In this document: one piece after another, positions 56,037-64,000 of the stretch | Layout: each line of letters starts with the position of its first letter | Numbering within the stretch: the first letter of the stretch is position 1 | Source of the DNA: a virus | Length of the DNA stretch: 64,000 bases | Reading direction: 5' to 3' (one strand) | IMG/VR virus record: IMGVR_UViG_3300030106_006091 | Location: 9,839-73,838 of that record | Made by a program: the position numbers and the translations under genes | The notes under the pieces: generated by a model | The model's database searches: none | Seen by the model: the letters and a program-made list of their open reading frames with translations, nothing else | Told to the model about the DNA's origin: nothing

Positions 56037-59000
56037 ATGTCAGATGCACCTATAAATCCCCTAACGGGTTTAGAGCTTCAGGGCCGTAGACCTAAAGCAA
56101 ACGACGGTCCGATTAACCCTTTTACACAGCAACCCTTGGGGCCCAGGTTTCAAAGTGGGCAGGGTCTTCTTAATTCTACCTATTCAAGGTCAGGAGACTT
56201 CAGTGAGTTTAGCAAGTACGGTGTATCATACTCACCATTTGCTAACCTAGAAGAGGAGCGTGCTAGAAACCAAAGCACCTGGGAACAGGTAGGCAATGGT
56301 ATGATTAAGGCAGGCAACACGTTTGCTGGAGCAGTGGCTGAGAACACACTTGGATATGCATTGGGTCTTACTGACTGGACATTGAGTGGGTTCGAAGACT
56401 TCCAAGACTCAATGACAAACAACCCAGTGGGTGTATACTTTGATGAGCGCAACAAGATGTTGCAGGAAGAGAGGCCCAACTACTACACCCAAGAAGAGAT
56501 GGACAAGCAGGGAACGCTTGGTTCATTGGGTAGTGTAAACTTCTGGGCAGACAAGTTCGCCAACGGTATGGCGTACAGCTTGGGTAGCTTGGCTACCATG
56601 TACATGACTGGGGGTACGTCAGGTGTGTTGACTGGTGGATTGAAAGCTATTGGGTTTGGTGCAAAGGTAGGTAAGCCTATCATGCAAGGACTCAGCAAGG
56701 GCATGTCCCCTTTGTTTGCAGCTCGTGTGGTAAACAATGCAGACAAAGCATCTGACATTGTAAAGAGAGCAGCAAACATAAAAGCCCTGGCTATGACCAA
56801 CAGAGCATCCAATGCTCTTGGGTACCTAGAGACAGGTGCCATGATGTCCATGGCCGAAGCATCGGTAGAAGCCAGAGAGGTGAAGAGTAGAGTGATAGAA
56901 GCACTCAACGAGCAGGCTATGCTGGAGATGGGACTGAACAGCGTAGACGAGATACCACCACAGGAACGTCAAAAGATAGAGGAGATAGCAGGTCAGAAGG
57001 AGGCCATTGCATTCTACGGCAACCTGGGAGTCTTGATGCCTACAAACCTGATTGCATTTGGTAGAGGACTCATGCCGTTCACACCTAGATCTGCACGCAA
57101 AGGACTCACTTCTAAGATTGCAAGCAAGCCTGGTGAGAGAGAAGGCTGGAGACAATACGTAAAGGCTCTTGACGAACTGCCCGGCTGGCAAAGAAAGGGC
57201 ATCAATATGGGGCAGAAAGCATACCCGTTTGTAGAACGTGGTACTGTTGAGGCATTCCAAGAGGGTACACAATACGTGCTGGCTGAGGGCTTGACAGAGA
57301 GAGCCAAAGCCATGTACGAAGACTACAGTGGTCAGGATGTAGCAGAAGGATTCATGAGAGGAGGCTTGTTTGCCAATGCCATGAGAGACTACGATGCCAT
57401 TGGTAGCACTGCATTTGAGACACTCAACACCCCAGAGGGTAGAGAGCAAGTACTGATCGGTGGTCTTGTTGGTTTGCTTGGTGGTGGTAGAGGTGCATAC
57501 CAAAATATAAAGCGCAAGAGCAAAGCTACAGAACAGGCATTGGGTGATCTGAACCTTGACCCTGAGACGTTCTTCAACCTGAGAACCAGAGCTAAGTCTT
57601 CTGCTATGGGTGAGTACTACCTCGCTCGCATGGACGACGCAGTAGAAAAAGGGGACAAGAAAACATACGAAGACTACAGATCTCGTCTCATGAACGAGAC
57701 AGCTTTGATGCACGCCAAGCTTGGTACGTTCGACCAGTACAAGGAAAGGCTGGAGGAGCTCAAGGCTATGCCCGCAGCAGAGGTAAGCAAGATCACAGGT
57801 GAAGAAGTAACAGAGGAGGAGAAGAACGAGATGATCAATCAGATGCTGCAGAGCGCTGAGAATATCGTTGATGTACACACCAAGATGTCTGATGCATTCC
57901 CAGGTCCTAGTATGCCTGGTGGTCTGCGTGGTAGACTGTTGTCCAAGACATCGCAGGAAGATATACGGTATCAGATTGCAGAGAACGAGGCACTCAAAGA
58001 TGCGCTCGTGTTCTATGAAGGATCTCTGTTCGACCAAGACCAGCGGATCGAAGATGTCATAAAGACGTTCGAGGCACTGGACCCCAAGTTCAACTCTGAA
58101 AAGCTTCGCACGTTGTTGCGTGACGAGATGTTCCAGGAAGTATCTGTGTCTGAGAACAAAGAGGGAGAACAGAAGACTAGGTTCCGTCAAGCTCAGATGA
58201 ACCCTGAGGTATCTGAGGAGGTGAAGAACGAGCTGCTTGAGGAGATGGATAAGTCCATCAGACGTATACGCTACGGTAAGAAGAACGAGACAGACTTGCG
58301 CAGCGAGTACGTTGGTAGAAACCGTAAGAAGAACCTCGAACAAGAGAGGGACATATTGATGAAGCTGCTCGACGATAGAACCACAGCGGTCAAGGCGTAC
58401 GAGGAGCTCATGACTAGCCCTGAGAACAGGGAACTCTACAAGAAGAGAGCAATGGCTCTCGAGAAGCTTGAGGAGACAAAGGCAATTGACAGGCAGGTAG
58501 ACAACGTAATAGCTAGAACTACTACATACGGAGAGCTGAAGGCAGAGAAAGAGGGACTCGAAGGTGGTGGGGCACTGAGTGACACATTCAGCCCTGATGC
58601 CATAGAGCGTCTTGAAGAAGAGCTCATAGCTCGTGAGGTACAGGAGTCACAGAAGAACAAAGAACTGGGCGGTATGAAGCTCAGCGATGTTCAGAAGATG
58701 AACCCTGAAGAGATGGAGAGCTGGGAGAAGCAGGTGTGGGAGAAGCACATCAAGAACCGTGACCAAGAAGAACCACTTCATGGACAAACCAGCAACCCCA
58801 AGGCAAAGTCTGAAGCAGCCAAGAAGAAGGTAACCGACGAGGCTGAGAGTAGAGATACTGGTGCTGCACTCAAAGAAGAGGAGGGAAGAACAAAAGCTAA
58901 AGACCAAGAACTAGTTGGGGATGCTCAGCAGAGAGCAGTGAGGGAGAACTCTACTCGCATGACACGAGAGGGTAGAGGAGCTACACTTGTACTGGACAAC

Positions 59001-62000
59001 AACGGTAAGGTGTTGGTGGATGAGAGCGGTAAGCCTATCAACCAAGACGAGTCTACCAGCAGACATACCATAGACGGTGAGCCTATCATTACAGGTAGAG
59101 CTCTGTTGCATGACAACTTGGAGGGCAAGACAGCTACCATCGTTGTCAGAGACGACACAGACTTTTGGAAAGAAGACGCCACACCTGAACAGTATGCAGA
59201 CCCTGCATACCACATACCTATGTATGTAGAGATAGAAGGTCAGGTTGTTGGTGTGTTAGATGCATCAGACTCACCGCTGAGACAAGTTGCATACGAGGAG
59301 TTCAAGAATGGTAACGCACGATCAGTTACTACCGAGGTATCTAAGATGCTGGTCAACAACATCTTCACTGCCTCCAATGCAGAGACTCGCAGCCCACACT
59401 TCTACAACCCTGCAGAAGAGCTGAGTAAAGATGTGATTGTTGCAGTGGTTGGGGAGAACCCAGACACAGAGGGCAAGACCATAGAGCTTGGACAGTTTGA
59501 AGACGGACTGGCTAAGAAGATGTCTGCACAACAGTTGACACAGCTAAGAGAGGATGTCAATGCCATAGAGCAGAGGCTCAACGATCCCACAGACAAGGGC
59601 ATGAGAATCGCAAAGGGACAGGTCATGTTCCTTGTGCCATCCCCTACAGGACAGTACAGAGTTGTGGTGGCTAACACTGCAAACCTGACTGATGCTGCAG
59701 TGGAGAAGGCTATTGAGTATATGAGAGCGGGGGACGAGGCTATGCTTAGATCACTGGTTGGTCTGAACGCAGCATACCTCCTGGACGAGTCTAACGAAGT
59801 AGCACTCAGCGATAAGTTCTTGGCTGCTGAAAAGATGGGTGAGACTGGTGAGGCAATCTTTACGTTCCGCCCAGTCAACGCAAAGGGTGAGAACATACTG
59901 CCTGATGGTGTTATGATGCAGATCAGCAGTGAGGTCATACGCAGATACTATGAGGGTAAGCGTAGAGGAGACCTGCTGTCTACAGGCACAAAGGGTACAG
60001 CAGAGCTTATCAACCTTGCTGTAAAGCCATACCGTACAGATGAAGGTGATGTTGCATTCAAGCCATTGGCCAACGAATACATAGAAGAGGTTCGTAACCT
60101 GGTCGACGACTTGGATAACGTGCTGCGTAACGTGCTGGGACGCAAGAAGTTTCAGGTAGATAAGAACCTGATTAACAACGACGACAGTGGTCAGCGTACT
60201 GTGAACCCACTCGACGTAAGTGCTGACAAGACCTCAGCTACATACTTGGAGTACCTCACCAACGAGGAGACAGATGCACAACGTGAGCATGGAACACGAG
60301 GTATACTTGGTTCTACTGCAAAGAACGTAGATGGCAGGTCCCCGTTCATTGACATAGGGCTGGAGTTCACCCCCAAGTTTGAAGTCAATGGGGAGACGCA
60401 GAAAGTTGTAGCACCTGACAGCACAGCTAACAAAAAGGATGAGGGTGTATCAGACGCAACACCTGTCGCACCTGAATCTACTATCCGCAATACCTCGGTG
60501 CAGCAAGACAACGAAGGGTTCTCCCCATTCGGGCAGTCCCCTATTGGACGAACTGAGACTAAGAAGTACGAGCCCTATGACGAAGAGAAGGCACGTGCAG
60601 AGTATGAGAAGGGTCAAGCAGAGTTAGACAGGCTAAACGAACAGTTTGTAGAGGAGCAGTCACAGGAGGCAGCTAAAGCACTTGCAGATGCTCAAGCAAA
60701 GCGACTGAGTAACCGCAAGCAGAGGGCAGCTAAAATGTACCAGGGTATGCTTGATCAAGGCATACCTGCTACACAGGCTAGAAAGACGGTCGATGACGCA
60801 TACCCTGACATAAACTTTGTACCTCGACTGTCTGGCGCATTGGAGTACCAGATGCTTGACAAGCAGAAGGCTGCATCGTGGTTGTCTGCAAGAGGCATAC
60901 CAGTAGAGTTTTACGAACAGGCTAGACAGATTGGTAACGCATACGTACATGGTTACATGGAGCGTGCAGGTGTCAAGCTGTGGACACAAGGTGAGGTCGG
61001 TACAGAATACCACGAAGGCTTCCACTTTGCATTCCGTACAATGCTTAGCGACAAGCAACGCATGGGCTTGTATGCAGAAGCGGCAAGACGTTTTGGTAAG
61101 CCGTCACAGGAAGAGATATCTGCACTGAGAGAGACGTTCTCTGAACTGAATGACAGAGAGCTCAGAGAGCTAGCACTCGAAGAGAAGATGGCGGAGGACT
61201 TCCGTGACTATGTGTTTGCTCAACAAGAGACAGCCAAGAGTCTGCCAGGTAAGATCCGCAAGTTCTTCCGGGACCTGTACAACATGATACGTGCCATGTT
61301 CACTAACCCTGTAGGCATGCGTCAGTTCTATTCTTTGATAGAAGCGAACAATATTCCTAAAAGCTATGCACGCACAGCACAGACTCTCGCACCACCAGCA
61401 GGTGGGGTCAACAGACTTAACGAGAAATACAGGGGTCACCAAGAACTACACAATGATCTGAGAGAAACAATAGCTCTACAGTTCGAGAAGCAGTACCACG
61501 ACCAGCTTGCTCAGATACAAGCTGAGTACGGAGAGATATCCCCATCAACTGTTGGTGATCTTATCGGTAACGAGAACGACAAGGGTGTTGTGGCATCATG
61601 GTTCCTACGCGCATCCATGGCGGAGTCAGATGGGTCACCACTTGACGTAGATACATTCGATTACATCAAGTCATTAATCGATGGCGGTCAGCTTCAAGAA
61701 GCTAGAGACTACATGCAAGAGAATGGTATACAAGACATGCCGCACAATGATGTGCACCGTGGTACGCTGAACCTGCCTCTTGACATGCAACGCAACATAT
61801 CCTACATGTACCAGGATGTGTATCTCAACTGGAACGACGAGTCTACACAGGACGAGTTCGAGAACCCAGTAACCACAGGGTGGAGAAGCATCATGCTCGA
61901 GTCACTGCAGCAGAAAGGATATGACGTAAAGACTTTGTCTGTAGCAGCTGAGTATGAGAACATGGAGGAAGAGCAGCAGCAGAACTTCGATAAGATATAC

Positions 62001-64000
62001 GACAAGGGTGCGTTTGAGATATCTCCTTTGGACAGCAGCCGCATGTCTAGAGAAGCTCGCATAGCCATCTCTAAGATCAAGGCAGCCAAGCCTAACAGAC
62101 TGGGTGTGGTAACCTATGCTAACGTAGATACGATTGTTCGTAAGGCTATCTCTGCTGCCAAGAACCAGCAATCAACAGACAACATTGTTGACGCACTGAG
62201 AAAAGCACAACAGTTCAATCCTGAACTGCAGCCGTTGGTAGATCACTTGGACAATCCTGCTACCCCAGCACATGAGCATGCCATGATAACCAACCTGTTT
62301 AGGCTAAACTACACGCGTCACATTGTCTACGACAGAGACTTCAGCCTTGGTGATAAGAAGGTCATCAGCTACGACTCAGATAGAATGTCTCAGGACAGAG
62401 CTATGATTGAGAGGTGGAGAACTAACCGTGAGACACTCGGCATAGAAAACCCTGATGCTTTCTATGTGGAGGACGACAACGGAAAGCTCACAGTCAAGAA
62501 TGCTGAAGAGAGAGCTGCAGCTTTGGAAGAGAGTAGACAGATCTATCAAGATACCGCCCGCCCCCTGGCTGACAGGGTAGACGCTATGTCTGACATGCTG
62601 TGGTACATGGGACTCAAAACTACAGCGAACAGACAACTGTCTCGTGAGGTGCTACGCAAGTACATCCAAGCGAAGACGGAGGAGATGAATGTCAACAGAG
62701 AGAGTGAGCTGGACGAGACCGATATACTTAGGAGGTTTGCTCAGAATATATTCATCAACCAAATTATTGGTACAGCGTTTGACGTACGTCAGATTGGTTC
62801 TGACATGGGGGCGATCAGCCCAGCTGAAGAGGTGCGTGACATGTTTACCGCTCGTACTGCGAGAGGTAAGAGAGTCTTTACTGGTATACAGTACTTGGCA
62901 AAAGAGATTGCACCACGTATAGAATCTATGGAAGCCATGGGCTTTGTTGGTGGGGACGGTAAGATGCGATACGCATACAACCTGCCCACACACATGGACC
63001 ACTTGATGGCTCAGGTCAGCAACGGTGATGCTACTGCACTGCACAAGTTGATGGAGAAAGATCCTAGGTTCAGTGCATACGGCATCTCTGAATACCAAGA
63101 CCCAATCTTCATGCTCATGAAGAAGCGTAAGTTCAACCCTCTCGCTGGTGAGTTTGATGTGGTAAAGAACACAGGGGATGACATAGGTAAGACTACATAC
63201 AAGAACCTGTTTGAGAGAGAGTCGTTGATCATGCGTATAGACGCATACCTCAACAGCAACAACCCAACGGAAGCTTCTGTAACTATATCTACGCAGGAGA
63301 CACGTAACAGGATGACACAGGTACAGGGTATGCCCAAGCTGATGAAAGCTGGTGCTGCCACAGAGTATGGTATCACCAACTCTGACGTCAAGACCTACAT
63401 CCGCAACATCATGATACAAGATCTGTTGGGGGTCGGTGCTGCTCTTGAGACCATCAAGAATAAGGGCGAGCTGATACCTGGGTATCACACTCAGTATGGG
63501 AAGCAGAACGAAACCTTCCGAAACACATACCTGCTAGGCAGAGTAAAGAAGGGTTCGAAGGTGCAGACGTTGGCCAAGAGAGTGCACAAAGCATTCAAGG
63601 AGCAGGACAATGGGGACATGATGGCTGCTGTAGTCAACGAGGTTACAGAGTTGGCGAACGAGTTCCACAAGAACAACTTCAAGAACGCTGTGTCTGAGGT
63701 TACAGAAAGACTGAAGGATTACGGTATCATCAGAGAGCAGGAAGATGCAGAGGGTAAAGTCAAGAAAGTAGAGCACAGCTTTGACACACAAGGCATCAAG
63801 AATGAAGGTGGGTTGGAGAAGGCCATAGAGAACTTTGTGGCTACCGACATGGTCTACCGCATCTCTCTTGCAAAGTCATTGCGTGGTGGTACCAACATGT
63901 TTAAAGACACCGTCGATTACTTCAAGCGTATGGGTCTGCTCAACACACCAGGCCAGCGCATGTACATGGAGGGGGACAATGTAGTTGACAAAGAGTATGG
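56037..64000 (+). CDS. Giant virion-packaged RNA-polymerase-type polyprotein (>2650 aa, 3' truncated) with zincin-like domain
   Basis: Starts MSDAPINPLTG and is absent from the ORF track, consistent with no stop before the window end. In-frame HEGFH at 61011-61025 with downstream EEKMAEDF; ends near DYFKRMGLLNTPG. The catalytic DxDxD motif was not seen in the window. Confidence 0.8.
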   Translation, partial: MSDAPINPLTGLELQGRRPKANDGPINPFTQQPLGPRFQSGQGLLNSTYSRSGDFSEFSKYGVSYSPFANLEEERARNQSTWEQVGNGMIKAGNTFAGAVAENTLGYALGLTDWTLSGFEDFQDSMTNNPVGVYFDERNKMLQEERPNYYTQEEMDKQGTLGSLGSVNFWADKFANGMAYSLGSLATMYMTGGTSGVLTGGLKAIGFGAKVGKPIMQGLSKGMSPLFAARVVNNADKASDIVKRAANIKALAMTNRASNALGYLETGAMMSMAEASVEAREVKSRVIEALNEQAMLEMGLNSVDEIPPQERQKIEEIAGQKEAIAFYGNLGVLMPTNLIAFGRGLMPFTPRSARKGLTSKIASKPGEREGWRQYVKALDELPGWQRKGINMGQKAYPFVERGTVEAFQEGTQYVLAEGLTERAKAMYEDYSGQDVAEGFMRGGLFANAMRDYDAIGSTAFETLNTPEGREQVLIGGLVGLLGGGRGAYQNIKRKSKATEQALGDLNLDPETFFNLRTRAKSSAMGEYYLARMDDAVEKGDKKTYEDYRSRLMNETALMHAKLGTFDQYKERLEELKAMPAAEVSKITGEEVTEEEKNEMINQMLQSAENIVDVHTKMSDAFPGPSMPGGLRGRLLSKTSQEDIRYQIAENEALKDALVFYEGSLFDQDQRIEDVIKTFEALDPKFNSEKLRTLLRDEMFQEVSVSENKEGEQKTRFRQAQMNPEVSEEVKNELLEEMDKSIRRIRYGKKNETDLRSEYVGRNRKKNLEQERDILMKLLDDRTTAVKAYEELMTSPENRELYKKRAMALEKLEETKAIDRQVDNVIARTTTYGELKAEKEGLEGGGALSDTFSPDAIERLEEELIAREVQESQKNKELGGMKLSDVQKMNPEEMESWEKQVWEKHIKNRDQEEPLHGQTSNPKAKSEAAKKKVTDEAESRDTGAALKEEEGRTKAKDQELVGDAQQRAVRENSTRMTREGRGATLVLDNNGKVLVDESGKPINQDESTSRHTIDGEPIITGRALLHDNLEGKTATIVVRDDTDFWKEDATPEQYADPAYHIPMYVEIEGQVVGVLDASDSPLRQVAYEEFKNGNARSVTTEVSKMLVNNIFTASNAETRSPHFYNPAEELSKDVIVAVVGENPDTEGKTIELGQFEDGLAKKMSAQQLTQLREDVNAIEQRLNDPTDKGMRIAKGQVMFLVPSPTGQYRVVVANTANLTDAAVEKAIEYMRAGDEAMLRSLVGLNAAYLLDESNEVALSDKFLAAEKMGETGEAIFTFRPVNAKGENILPDGVMMQISSEVIRRYYEGKRRGDLLSTGTKGTAELINLAVKPYRTDEGDVAFKPLANEYIEEVRNLVDDLDNVLRNVLGRKKFQVDKNLINNDDSGQRTVNPLDVSADKTSATYLEYLTNEETDAQREHGTRGILGSTAKNVDGRSPFIDIGLEFTPKFEVNGETQKVVAPDSTANKKDEGVSDATPVAPESTIRNTSVQQDNEGFSPFGQSPIGRTETKKYEPYDEEKARAEYEKGQAELDRLNEQFVEEQSQEAAKALADAQAKRLSNRKQRAAKMYQGMLDQGIPATQARKTVDDAYPDINFVPRLSGALEYQMLDKQKAASWLSARGIPVEFYEQARQIGNAYVHGYMERAGVKLWTQGEVGTEYHEGFHFAFRTMLSDKQRMGLYAEAARRFGKPSQEEISALRETFSELNDRELRELALEEKMAEDFRDYVFAQQETAKSLPGKIRKFFRDLYNMIRAMFTNPVGMRQFYSLIEANNIPKSYARTAQTLAPPAGGVNRLNEKYRGHQELHNDLRETIALQFEKQYHDQLAQIQAEYGEISPSTVGDLIGNENDKGVVASWFLRASMAESDGSPLDVDTFDYIKSLIDGGQLQEARDYMQENGIQDMPHNDVHRGTLNLPLDMQRNISYMYQDVYLNWNDESTQDEFENPVTTGWRSIMLESLQQKGYDVKTLSVAAEYENMEEEQQQNFDKIYDKGAFEISPLDSSRMSREARIAISKIKAAKPNRLGVVTYANVDTIVRKAISAAKNQQSTDNIVDALRKAQQFNPELQPLVDHLDNPATPAHEHAMITNLFRLNYTRHIVYDRDFSLGDKKVISYDSDRMSQDRAMIERWRTNRETLGIENPDAFYVEDDNGKLTVKNAEERAAALEESRQIYQDTARPLADRVDAMSDMLWYMGLKTTANRQLSREVLRKYIQAKTEEMNVNRESELDETDILRRFAQNIFINQIIGTAFDVRQIGSDMGAISPAEEVRDMFTARTARGKRVFTGIQYLAKEIAPRIESMEAMGFVGGDGKMRYAYNLPTHMDHLMAQVSNGDATALHKLMEKDPRFSAYGISEYQDPIFMLMKKRKFNPLAGEFDVVKNTGDDIGKTTYKNLFERESLIMRIDAYLNSNNPTEASVTISTQETRNRMTQVQGMPKLMKAGAATEYGITNSDVKTYIRNIMIQDLLGVGAALETIKNKGELIPGYHTQYGKQNETFRNTYLLGRVKKGSKVQTLAKRVHKAFKEQDNGDMMAAVVNEVTELANEFHKNNFKNAVSEVTERLKDYGIIREQEDAEGKVKKVEHSFDTQGIKNEGGLEKAIENFVATDMVYRISLAKSLRGGTNMFKDTVDYFKRMGLLNTPGQRMYMEGDNVVDKEY

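Noticed and set aside
56826-58343. 505-aa minus-strand ORF
   Set aside because: Antisense shadow of the giant plus-strand gene with Leu/Val/His-skewed composition; no independent signals.
1-64000. Stop-codon reassignment, as in some crAss-like phages
   Set aside because: Long genes are intact under the standard code, TGA and TAG terminate coupled genes, and no suppressor tRNA was seen.
1-64000. CRISPR array, integrase, transposase, intron, intein or reverse transcriptase/DGR
   Set aside because: No repeat-spacer array or diagnostic motifs were seen; polA, terL and MCP appear uninterrupted.

Overview
This window is part of a crAss-like (Crassvirales-type) lytic phage genome with a Bacteroidota (probably Flavobacteriia) host. 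It uses the standard genetic code. The minus-strand arm (1-5170) holds two tRNAs (Arg-TCT and a window-truncated probable Ile2/Met-CAT), a family A DNA polymerase, small hypothetical genes and a dense structured-RNA zone (about 2480-3770). The plus-strand arm (5294 to the end) holds, in order: a cell-envelope cassette (T9SS-CTD cargo protein, outer-membrane beta-barrel, membrane protein, exported thioredoxin-fold protein), a putative ~230-nt ncRNA, amidase endolysin, GroES, an HU/IHF-like protein, terminase, portal, scaffold-like protein, major capsid protein, ring/hub/fibre genes, holin, a metallophosphoesterase, a cluster of very basic GG-motif proteins, tail tube/muzzle genes, cargo proteins and the start of a giant virion RNA-polymerase-type ORF that runs off the end. 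Four observations stand out. (1) Three tRNA-mimic RNAs keep an acceptor stem and T-arm but have non-canonical lower halves, and they bracket other structured RNAs and a pseudoknot-led gene. (2) The phage encodes a type IX secretion cargo plus beta-barrel surface module. (3) A recurring GG peptide motif, including GG-[ML]-x-D-R-R, is shared by putative packaged proteins. (4) Bacteroidota -7 promoter boxes sit exactly 4 nt before start codons, predicting leaderless mRNAs. All calls come from reading motifs, synteny and base-pairing by eye; no database searches or folding programs were run.
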